A DNA stretch of 64,000 nucleotides, from positions 340,070,001 to 340,134,000 of the forward strand of contig OZ024740.1 of NCBI GenBank assembly GCA_964016885.1. Reading direction: 5' to 3'. Below, one piece after another: positions 1 to 14,892 of the stretch; the first letter of the stretch is position 1; every line of letters starts with the position of its first letter. Made by a program: the position numbers and the translations under genes. The notes beneath the pieces were generated by a model. It worked only from the letters and a program-made list of their open reading frames with translations. It had not been told where the DNA came from and ran no database searches. Origin of the DNA: Eledone cirrhosa. Taxonomy: Eukaryota.

Positions 1-19
1 GTGGCTAATAACTGAAAGA

Positions 20-490
20 ATTTGATCTGCAATCACAGTCCAAAATTCACTACCATACAGCATCACACTTCACACAAAGGCATCATACAGTCGACCTTTT
101 ATATATAGGGAAAAGCCTTTTGTGGTCACCAGTGGAAGTAGCTCTAAACTTTTTCCATCCTATCCTTGTTCTAGTTATTATGCTCTCATCACTCCTTCCT
201 CCATTGCTAATTAAGCCACCTAGATAGCAGAAGCTATCAACCACTTCTATGGGCCTTTCCTGTGATTAGAAAAAGTTTATATCACTGGTGTTCATCCTCC
301 AGTTACCCCTGTGCATCTTCTACACACAAAGTCTTCCCTTCCTGTTAGTCTACCCGTTATCCCACTACACCACTTTCGTACCCAAAATTTACATTGTGTA
401 CATCATATGGGGTTTATGTCTACACTCTTTCTACATACTGTGCAGGACCTTTTCCCTGAAGGAAATAGGTCCTATCTTCTCTCTATAAAT
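20..490 (-). mobile_element. Degenerate RTE-clade LINE fragment (post-RT region)
   Basis: Minus strand gives frameshifted remnants of ESIITRTRIGWKK and KGRLYDA, homologous to the RTE ORFs at 42404 and 61283. Confidence 0.7.
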
Positions 491-767
491 GTGTGTGTGT
501 GTACATCATACATGAAACAAGATGTATCAAATGTTCAACTGGCTTCCTAGAAGTAGTTAACTAGGTGACCAAATTAGAAGTGGAGATAGGTGTTCTGAAA
601 ATACAGTAGCCAGAGTGAGAACCAGCTGGGAAAAGTTCAGGGTGCTATTACTTCTATTGGTTATAAAGGGTTTCTCCCTCTGAGTGAAAAGCTGATTATA
701 TGATTCTTGTGTGCAAACAGCAATACTGCATGAAAGTGTGACTTAGGCTTTGAGTGAAGTAGACTTG

Positions 768-840
768 TAAATCCCGCCAAGGTCAACTTTGCCTTTCATC
801 CTTTCGAGGTCAATAAAAAAGTACCAGTCTAGTAATGGGT
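768..840 (+). mobile_element. SINE fragment
   Basis: aaatcccgccaaggtcaactttgcctttcatcc...gtaccagt core shared with copies at about 14170, 46930, 51660 (minus) and 52500. Confidence 0.6.
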
Positions 841-999
841 CGATTCTTCCTCTATATCACTTTCTCACTCTCTATTCTTCTTTGGAAGAAATATGATGAA
901 CTCAGGGCCGGAGAGGATTGGGCTCCACTGGGCTTAAAATGCTCAAGAAACAGCATATGCCAATACGGCACCCCTACGACTCCATCAGGAGTTACGGGA

Positions 1000-1490
1000 C
1001 AATACAATACCATACATGAAAAACAAAAAATCAATGAACTGGGAGAGTAAGTGAGTAGGAGAGGAGATTGTAATGGTATGGATATGTGATGTATATGGAG
1101 GATAACAGCTGCATAACAAAGTTGATAGAACCTATGGCAGAGGAAGACCTCAGAAAGCTTGTGATGATGAGGTGAAGGCTGACCTTATCAAGAAGATGAT
1201 AAGAATGAATTGATTAGTGTCTGTCATACTACAGAAGACTCCCTTTTTCACACAAGCATAGAGAAGATAGTAGTGAAGAAGCAGCGACGTGTGATTACAT
1301 TTAAGTTTCCGTCTGCTAGTATGCACCACTATCTTTAGACAGCTTGGTTGGTACTAGGAAGGACATCCAGCCATTGAAACCAAACCAAAAGCAAGACAGT
1401 CATCTGCCTGATCAGGCCTCAGTATGCAGCAATCTGTCTAACCTATGCAAGCATGGAAAATGAAAGTTAAACGGTGGTAATAATGATGAC
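1000..1490 (+). mobile_element. Old RTE 3' fragment
   Basis: Remnant tggtatggatatgtgatg (WYG-VM), aggaaggacatccagc motif and atgcaagcatggaaaa...gttaaacg terminus, as in the other RTE 3' ends. Confidence 0.5.
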
Positions 1491-1506
1491 ATATGTATAC
1501 GATCAA

Positions 1507-1547
<41 letters not shown>

Positions 1548-2014
1548 GTAATCTGAGTTTTTCGAATTTTAATAATAATATTCGATTCGTTTGCAATTAT
1601 GAAAACTGCTTCTTTAATAAGCCATGTCAGTAGAATGAGCCCCTCATTCTCGATCTTGTGTTGGCATATATATATATGAATGTATGTATGTATGTATATA
1701 TATCACAGCACGTGTGTGTATGTGATCATATTCTGACAGCCATTGTTACCAGGACTATATAGGATCTTGTATAGAAATATGTAAACATCTTACATAGAAA
1801 AAGTATAGAGTAGTTTGTAAGGTATATTGGTACCGTTGGTAGGGGTCGAAACTGCCAAACACCATCTCAATAGCCGATAACTATGGACATCTATATCCCT
1901 CATTTGTAATTTTTTTTTTTTTTTCGTGTTTTAAAGTTTCCCCTTTAAAAACTGTTTTTCGTTTTGTTTTGTTTCCGTTCGTTGTCGTGTCCTCTCTTTG
2001 ATGATTTTCTTAAG

Positions 2015-2102
2015 TTTATATATATATACATATATATACATATAAATATACATATATATATATATACATACATATATATACATATATACATACATATATA
2101 TA

Positions 2103-2189
<87 letters not shown>

Positions 2190-2409
2190 ATATACATACA
2201 TATATATATATATACATACATACATATATACATACATACATATATACATACTTATATATATATATACATACATATATATATATATACATACATATATATA
2301 TATATACATACATATATATATATATACATACATATATATATATACATACATATAATTATACATACATATATATATACATACATATATATATACATATATA
2401 TATACATAC

Positions 2410-2440
<31 letters not shown>

Positions 2441-2650
2441 CATACATATATATATACATACATATATATATATATACATACATATATACATACATATATA
2501 TATATATACATACATATATATATATATACATACATATATATATATATACATACATATATATATATATACATACATATATATATACATACATACATACATA
2601 TATACATACATATATATATACATACATATATACATACATATATATATACA
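2015..2650. repeat. (TA)n/(TACA)n microsatellite
   Basis: Seen directly. Confidence 0.98.
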
Positions 2651-3193
2651 TGGTGGCTGCCAACTCGTTTTCGAGTACGGCCACTACTTTATATCCATGT
2701 AGGAGAACCCCTACCGATGCGCTGAACGAGTGTGACTTTTTAGTCCAGCCAGCGACTTGAAAACTCTGGTACAAACACTACACTTGTGACAATTATTGAC
2801 ACATAGTGCTGGGCCCATGGTACCATGTGACGACAAGTGCAGAGAGATCTCCAGATATAAAGCAATGCCTGTGCCGTGAAGCTTTTATAGTGAGCAAAGG
2901 CACTGCACAAAGCCAGTCCCACTCTCTTAACCAAGATGATATTTACCAAAAAGAAGAACAAGTCAACATCATTGGATACCATCAGGGTTGCAGGTGTTAT
3001 ATCAGAGTTTTCCTTCTCTTAGAATTCTGCCTTGACAAAGGCTAAGGGGTCATCTCTCCCAGTGATTTTGGATGGCCATTGACTCTTAAGAGCTCCTTTG
3101 CCCTTCGACAGGTTTTGTTTTTAGTCCTGCAGGATGTCCAAAGTCACCCTCCTCACCAAGAAACCTTGGTGGGGTGCCAGTTTAGTCGCCAAC
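2651..3193 (-). mobile_element. Short non-autonomous RTE(BovB-type)-derived element, copy 1
   Basis: Near-identical to 3555-4009, 57324-57912 and 59393-59981. The minus-strand 3' part encodes a C2H2 finger [25 protein letters not shown] followed by a microsatellite tail. Confidence 0.7.
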
Positions 3194-3194
3194 A

Positions 3195-3278
<84 letters not shown>

Positions 3279-3323
3279 CATATATATACATACATATATA
3301 CATATATATACATACATATATAC

Positions 3324-3363
<40 letters not shown>

Positions 3364-3554
3364 ATACATATATATATATATATATACATACATATATATA
3401 TATATATATACATACATATATATATATATACATACATATATATATATATACATACATATATATATATATACATACATATATATATATATACATACATATA
3501 TATATATATACATACATATATATATATATACATACATATATATATATACATACA

Positions 3555-4008
3555 TGGTGGCTGCCAACTCGTTTTCGAGTACGGCCACTACTTTATATCC
3601 ATGTAGGAGAACCCCTACCGATGCGCTGAACGAGTGTGACTTTTTAGTCCAGCCAGCGACTTGAAAACTCTGGTACAAACACTACACTTGTGACAATTAC
3701 TGACACATAGTGCTGGGCCCATGGTACCATGTGACGACAAGTGCAGAGAGATCTCCAGATATAAAGCAATGCCTGTGCCGTGAAGCTTTTATAGTGAGCA
3801 AAGGCACTGCACAAAGCCAGTCCCACTCTCTTAACCAAGATGATATTTACCAAAAAGAAGAACAAGTCAACATCATTGGATACCATCAGGGTTGCAGGTG
3901 TTATATCAGAGTTTTCCTTCTCCTAGAATTCTGCCTTGACAAAGGCTAAGGGGTCATCTCTCCCGGTGATTTTGGATGGCCATTGACTCTTAAGAGCTCC
4001 TTTGCCCT

Positions 4009-4009
<1 letters not shown>
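3555..4009 (-). mobile_element. Same element, copy 2 (further 5'-truncated)
   Basis: Direct repeat of 2651-3105 at a 904-bp offset with a few substitutions; same 3' end. Confidence 0.7.
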
Positions 4010-4044
<35 letters not shown>

Positions 4045-4236
4045 CATATATATATACATACATACATATATATACATACATATATACATACATATATACA
4101 TATATATATATATACATATATACATATATATATATATATACATATATACATATATATACATATATATATATATATATACATATATACATATATCTATACA
4201 TATATACATATATAATATATATATATACATATATAC

Positions 4237-4269
<33 letters not shown>

Positions 4270-4322
4270 TATATATACATATATATATATATACATATAT
4301 ATATAATATATTATATATATAC

Positions 4323-4361
<39 letters not shown>

Positions 4362-4416
4362 CATATATACAATATATATATATAAATACATATATATAAT
4401 TATATAATATATATAC

Positions 4417-4457
<41 letters not shown>

Positions 4458-4947
4458 CATACATACATATATATATATATGACATATATATATACATATA
4501 TATATATATACATATATATATACTACATATATATATTACATATATATCATAATACATAATATATATATATATACATTATATATATATATACACTATTTCA
4601 TATATATATATATATACATATATATACACATACATATATATATATATATACATATATATACACATACATATATATATATATATACATATATATAACATAC
4701 ATATATATATATATATACATATATATACATATACTATATATATATATACATATATTACATTATACCTATATATATATACATATATATACATATACATATA
4801 TATATATACATATACATATATATATATATACTATACATATACATATACATATATATAATATACATATATATATACATATATATATATATACATACATATA
4901 TCATATACATATATATATACATACATATATACATATACATATATATA

Positions 4948-4983
<36 letters not shown>

Positions 4984-5385
4984 TACATATATACATATAA
5001 TATATAATATACATACATATATGTATATACATATACATACATATATACATATTATATATATATACATACATATATACATATATATATATATACATATATA
5101 CATATATATATATATACATACATATATACATATATATATATATACATACATATATACATATATATATATATACATACATATACATATATATATATATACA
5201 TACATATATATATATATACATACATTATATATATATATACATACATATATATATATATACATACATATATATATATATACATACATATATACATATATAT
5301 ATATATACATACATATATACATATATATATATACATACATATATACATATATATTATATACATACATATTACATATATATATATA

Positions 5386-5417
<32 letters not shown>

Positions 5418-6261
5418 CATACATATTACATATATATAATACATACATATATATATATACATACATATAATACATACATATATATATATACATACATATA
5501 TACATATTTATATATATATACATACATATATACATATATATATATATACATATATACATATATATATATATACATACATATATACATATATACATACATA
5601 TATACATACATATATACATATATATATATATACATACATATATACATATATATATATAATATACAATACATATATACATATTATATATATATATACATAC
5701 ATATACATATATATATATATACATATACATATATATATATATACATATACATATATATATATATATTACATACATATACATATATATATATATACATATA
5801 CATATATATACATATACATATATATATATATATACATACATATACATATATATATATATACATACATATACAAATATATACATACATACATATACATATA
5901 TATAACATACATATATATATAAACATACATATACATATATATATACATATATATATACATATATATATATACATACATATATATATATATATATATACAT
6001 ACATATACATATATATATATATACATATACATATATATATATATACATACATATATATATATATATATATACATACATATACATATATATATATATACAT
6101 ACATATACATATATATATATATACATACATATACATATATATATATATACATACATATATAATATATATACATACATATACATATATATATATATACATA
6201 CATATACATATATATATATATACATACATATACATATATATATATATATACATACATATAC

Positions 6262-6292
<31 letters not shown>

Positions 6293-6293
6293 C

Positions 6294-6324
<31 letters not shown>

Positions 6325-6335
6325 CATACATATAC

Positions 6336-6391
<56 letters not shown>

Positions 6392-6436
6392 ATATATATA
6401 CATACATATATATTATATATATATACATACATATAC

Positions 6437-6468
<32 letters not shown>

Positions 6469-6767
6469 ATATATATACATACATATATATATATATATAC
6501 ATACATATACATATATATATACATACATATACACATATATATATATATACATACATATACATATATATATATATACATACATATATACATACATACATAC
6601 ATACATATACATATATAATACATATATATATATATATACATACATATATATATACATATATACATACATATATATATATATATATATACATACATATACA
6701 TATATATATATATATACATACATATATATATATATATACATACATATATATATATATATAACATACA

Positions 6768-6799
<32 letters not shown>

Positions 6800-6805
6800 C
6801 ATACA

Positions 6806-6843
<38 letters not shown>

Positions 6844-7944
6844 CATACATATACATATATAAATATATATACATACAATATACATACATATACATATATA
6901 TATATACATACATAACATATATCTATATATATATACATACATATACATATATATATATATATACATACATATACATATATATATATATACATACATATAC
7001 ATATATATATATATACACATACATATATATATATATACACATACATATATATATATATACACATACATATACATATATATATATATACATACATATACAT
7101 ATATATATATATACATACATATACATATATATATTATATACATACATATACATATACATACATACATAAACATATATATACATACATATACATATATATA
7201 TATATATACATACATATATATATATATATATATACATATATAAATATATATATACATACATATACATATATATATATATACATACATATACATACATACA
7301 TATACATACATATACATATATAAATATATTACATATATATACATACATATACATACATATACATATATATATATATACATATATATATACATATATATAT
7401 ACATATACATATATATATACATATACATATACATATATATATACATATACATATATATATACATATACATATATATATACATATACATATACATATACAT
7501 ATATATATACATATATATATACATATACATATACAAACATATATATGCACATATACATATACATACATATATATACATATATTACACATATACATATACA
7601 TACATATATATACCATATACATATACTACATATATATACATATATATACACATATACATATACATACATATATATACACATATACATTATACATATATAT
7701 ATACATATACATATACATATATATATACATATACATACATATATATACACATATACATATACATATATATATACATATACATATATATACATATATATAC
7801 ATATATATATATATATACATATATATACATATATATACATATATATATATGTATATATATATATATATGTATATATATGTATATATATGTATATATATAT
7901 GTATATATATGTATATGTATATGTATATGTATATATATATGTAT

Positions 7945-7978
<34 letters not shown>

Positions 7979-8087
7979 ACATATATATACATATAAATAT
8001 ATATATATATATATATATACATATATATATTATACATATATATATACATATATATACATATATATATATATATATACATATATATAC

Positions 8088-8118
<31 letters not shown>

Positions 8119-8145
8119 CATATATATACATATATATATATATAC

Positions 8146-8191
<46 letters not shown>

Positions 8192-8350
8192 ATATATATA
8201 TATACATATATATACATATATATATATACATACATATATATATATACATATACATATATATACATATTATATATATACATATACATATATATACATATAT
8301 ATACATATATATACATATATATATACATATATATATATATACATATATAT

Positions 8351-8417
<67 letters not shown>

Positions 8418-8418
8418 C

Positions 8419-8455
<37 letters not shown>

Positions 8456-8577
8456 CATATATAATACATACATATATATATACATATATATATATATACA
8501 TATATATATATACATATATATATATATACATATATACATATATATATATATAATACAATATATACATATATATATAC

Positions 8578-8626
<49 letters not shown>

Positions 8627-8645
8627 GACATATATATATATATAA
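4010..8645. repeat. About 4.6-kb (TA)n/(TACA)n tract
   Basis: Seen directly; the interrupting base switches from C to G at about 7850-7945. Confidence 0.98.
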
Positions 8646-9007
8646 CATATTTTTTAATGTATTTTGAAAATTGATTGAATTTTACTTGTTCTGCTTATCT
8701 TAATATTAAAGTTCTGGTGTATCAAATTAACACCATTGAACAACCCTGAATCATAGACAACCTATGTATTTCTAGGGGTACCTAGTATCCCTGAACATAT
8801 TAACTTATACCTTTTTCTCCGTCCGTTGAGAACAAATCTGTTGCTTTACTAGGCTGCTATTTCTTTAGTAGTAATTGTAGACAGCAAGTCTTTGATTTTC
8901 CCGCTTTTACTTCGGTCCAGTTTACATACGGGTCACTTTTACGACCTTTCAGACCTTTATTAGCTGGCAGGAGGTTGTATATTTTGTCGTTCCTGGGACG
9001 TTTAGCC

Positions 9008-9110
9008 CTAGGATGGGAAAATGCTTCTCTGATGAGCTTTGGTTTTCCATCATGAATCCATCGGATTTATGAGGTTTTACAAAGCGAAACTGATCAGTAA
9101 GGGTCACTAG
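9008..9110 (+). ncRNA. Type I hammerhead ribozyme, copy 1
   Basis: Stem I (ctag/ctag plus tgcttct/agggtca), CUGAUGA, stem II (gctttg/caaagc plus tcatgaatcc/ggatttatga), GAAA, palindromic stem III actgatcagt; predicted GUA cleavage after 9099. Confidence 0.88.
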
Positions 9111-9491
9111 AAGAGGTAAATATTTATATTATATTTTTTAATGTATTTTGAAAAATTGATTGAATTTTACTTGTTCTGCTTATCTTAATATTAAAGTTCT
9201 GGTGTATCAAATTAACACCATTGAACAACCCTGAATCATAGACAACCTATGTATTTCTAGGGGTACCTAGTATCCCTGACATATTAACTTATACCTTTTT
9301 CTCCGTCCGTTGAGAACAAATCTGTTGCTTTACTAGGCTGCTATTTCTTTAGTAGTAATTGTAGACAGCAAGTCTTTGATTTTCCCGCTTTTACTTCGGT
9401 CCAGTTTACATACGGGTCACTTTTACGACCTTTCAGACCTTTATTTAGCTGCAGGAGGTTGTATATTTTGTCGTTCCTGGGACGTTTAGCC

Positions 9492-9594
9492 CTAGGATGG
9501 GAAAATGCTTCTCTGATGAGCTTTGGTTTTCCATCATGAATCCATCGGATTTATGAGGTTTTACAAAGCGAAACTGATCAGTAAGGGTCACTAG
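9492..9594 (+). ncRNA. Type I hammerhead ribozyme, copy 2
   Basis: Same sequence as copy 1; predicted cleavage after 9583. Confidence 0.88.
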
Positions 9595-9976
9595 AAGAGG
9601 TAAATATTTATATTATATTTTTTAATGTATTTTGAAAAATTGATTGAATTTTACTTGTTCTGCTTATCTTAATATTAAAGTTCTGGTGTATCAAATTAAC
9701 ACCATTGAACAACCCTGAATCATAGACAACCTATGTATTTCTAGGGGTACCTAGTATCCCTGGACATATTAACTTATACCTTTTTCTCCGTCCGTTGAGA
9801 ACAAATCTGTTGCTTTACTAGGCTGCTATTTCTTTAGTAGTAATTGTAGACAGCAAGTCTTTGATTTTCCCGCTTTTACTTCGGTCCAGTTTACATACGG
9901 GTCACTTTTACGACCTTTCAGACCTTTATTAGCTGGCAGGAGGTTGTATATTTTGTCGTTCCTGGGACGTTTAGCC

Positions 9977-10079
9977 CTAGGATGGGAAAATGCTTCTCTG
10001 ATGAGCTTTGGTTTTCCATCATGAATCCATCGGATTTATGAGGTTTTACAAAGCGAAACTGATCAGTAAGGGTCACTAG
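9977..10079 (+). ncRNA. Type I hammerhead ribozyme, copy 3
   Basis: Same sequence as copy 1; predicted cleavage after 10068. Confidence 0.88.
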
Positions 10080-10461
10080 AAGAGGTAAATATTTATATTA
10101 TATTTTTTAATGTATTTTGAAAAATTGATTGAATTTTACTTGTTCTGCTTATCTTAATATTAAAGTTCTGGTGTATCAAATTAACACCATTGAACAACCC
10201 TGAATCATAGACAACCTATGTATTTCTAGGGGTACCTAGTATCCCTGGACATATTAACTTATACCTTTTTCTCCGTCCGTTGAGAACAAATCTGTTGCTT
10301 TACTAGGCTGCTATTTCTTTAGTAGTAATTGTAGACAGCAAGTCTTTGATTTTCCCGCTTTTACTTCGGTCCAGTTTACATACGGGTCACTTTTACGACC
10401 TTTCAGACCTTTATTAGCTGGCAGGAGGTTGTATATTTTGTCGTTCCTGGGACGTTTAGCC

Positions 10462-10564
10462 CTAGGATGGGAAAATGCTTCTCTGATGAGCTTTGGTTTT
10501 CCATCATGAATCCATCGGATTTATGAGGTTTTACAAAGCGAAACTGATCAGTAAGGGTCACTAG
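10462..10564 (+). ncRNA. Type I hammerhead ribozyme, copy 4
   Basis: Same sequence as copy 1; predicted cleavage after 10553. Confidence 0.88.
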
Positions 10565-10760
10565 AAGAGGTAAATATTTATATTATATTTTTTAATGTAA
10601 TTTTTTAATGTATTTTGAAAAATTGATTGAATTTTACTTGTTCTGCTTATCTTAATATTAAAGTTCTGGTGTATCAAATTAACACCATTGAACAACCCTG
10701 AATCATAGACAACCTATGTATTTCTAGGGGTACCTAGTATCCCTGGACATATTAACTTAT

Positions 10761-13252
<2,492 letters not shown>

Positions 13253-13964
13253 GATAAATTCCGACCTCACACGCTTACACCTCTCCAAGACAATGTCACT
13301 GGACCGAGACCTTTGGCGGTACTCAGTAATAGAGAAGACCCGCCTTACCTAAATACAAAGTAAAAACCTACTACAGTCAATAGGCATCTCTATCAAAACA
13401 CCACCACCCCACCCCACCCCCCGTCCCACCACCTCCACCCCATCCACACCGCCCCTTTCAATGTAAAGTTATGTTGGTCCCACAACATCCAGGCCGAAAC
13501 AAATGAGATCGTGTAGGTGTCACGACAAAAAAACACACAGTCCACGCTGTAAATGTGGCCGTGTAGGCAACACGGTAAAAACCTCCCAGCCCCACACTGT
13601 AAATGTGGTTGGTGTTAGGAAGGGCATCCAGCTGTAGAAAACCCGCCAGACAGTCCACGCTGTAATGTGGTCGTGTAGGCAACACGGTAAAAACCTCCCA
13701 GCCCCACACTGTAAATGTGGTTGGTGTTAGGAAGGGCATCCAACTGTAGAAAACCCGCCAGACAGTCCACGCTGTAATGTGGTCGTGTAGGCAACACGGT
13801 AAAAACCTCCCAGCCCAACACTGTAAATGTGGTTGGTGTTAGGAAGGGCATCCAACTGTAGAAAACCCGCCAGACAGTCCTATGCGAGCAAGACAACCAC
13901 TCTTGCCTCAAGTGGGAAAACCCCCATCCAAACCCATGCAAGCGTGGAACACGGACGCTAAACC

Positions 13965-13997
<33 letters not shown>
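13253..13997 (+). mobile_element. RTE LINE 3' end with a triplicated 112-bp 3'UTR unit and (GAT)n tail
   Basis: Homologous to 63080-63562; unit starts at 13538, 13651 and 13763. Confidence 0.85.
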
Positions 13998-14031
<34 letters not shown>

Positions 14032-14342
14032 CAGACCTGTCAACTCTCCTCGTCGGACGAGGAGATCGCCCACCTACTTTGGAGTGGATGAGAGATCTCT
14101 CCTTTTGTGAAAATGGGTAAGGCTTTCATATGCTTTCTAGCATAGTTACGTCCCTTTACGGTCTGAGTTCAAATCCCGCCGAGGTTAACTTTGCCTTTCA
14201 TTCTTACGGGGCCGATAAAATAAAATACCAGTAATGCACTGGGTAATTGCTGGCCTTGTGCCAAAAGTAGAAACAATTATGTTAAATCTCCCCATTTTGT
14301 CTCATTTCTTCCCGTTTGGGTTTTTAAAGGTTGGCAGGTCTG
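14032..14342. mobile_element. MITE (probably hAT-type) carrying a SINE insertion at about 14125-14280
   Basis: TIRs cagacctgtcaact / ggttggcaggtctg; a SINE-free relative lies at 39283-39475. Confidence 0.7.
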
Positions 14343-14377
<35 letters not shown>

Positions 14378-14417
14378 TTTTGCGAGTTTTTTTATATGTA
14401 ATCGTGTGTCGAAACAA

Positions 14418-14555
14418 ATATTGTTATACTTGGGGAGGCTCATATTTGTGTAATATTGCCAGAATTAATAACAGAACCAACCAAACAGTGAGTGTGTTCT
14501 GTTATTAATTCTGGCAATATTACACAAATATGACCCTCCCCAAGTATAACAATAT
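14418..14555. repeat. 60-bp inverted repeat with 18-nt spacer
   Basis: Arms 14418-14477 and 14496-14555 are reverse complements with one mismatch. Confidence 0.92.
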
Positions 14556-14651
14556 ATATATATATATATATATAAGATCAAAACAACACAGTAATTTAAA
14601 CATCAACATTCAACAATATTTAAAGAAATGTTTAGAAGTCCCAGTACTCAC

Positions 14652-14735
14652 CTCTTTCTGACCAACTGGACCTGCATTGACCAAACTGGCCAACAGCAGA
14701 ACTGTTAGCAATATTTGTCCTGTTTGGAATGCCAT
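14652..14735 (-). CDS. Probable first coding exon of a secreted host protein (signal peptide)
   Basis: MAFQTGQILLTVLLLASLVNA-GPVGQKE (28 codons) followed by a consensus donor GAG|GTGAGT in phase 0; lies in unique non-TE sequence. Confidence 0.6.
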
Positions 14736-14882
14736 ATTACACTCAAGCTAGCTGGGGTACCTGACTGTTTAGCGTCAATTCCTTTGGCAAACTACGAATA
14801 GGTTACAGGTAGCTACACATTGACAGGTGTGTATCGTTCACAAACTTTAATGCAATACACAACTTATGATTCGGTTGACAGC

Positions 14883-14892
14883 TTATATATAT
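14883..14892 (-). promoter_or_regulatory. Candidate TATA box for the signal-peptide exon
   Basis: TATATATAAG on the minus strand about 150 nt upstream of the ATG; weak because TA runs are ubiquitous here. Confidence 0.3.

Larger units (their letters stand above)
8647..10760 (+). mobile_element. Tandem array of about 4.3 x 484-485-bp units, one hammerhead per full unit (retrozyme-like / Penelope pLTR-like)
   Basis: CTGATGA cores at 9029, 9513, 9998 and 10483; near-identical units; no ORF; (TA)n on both sides. Confidence 0.85.

Noticed and set aside
8647-10760. CRISPR array or protein-coding repeat
   Set aside because: Whole units repeat with no unique spacers, no cas genes and no sizeable ORF; eukaryotic context.
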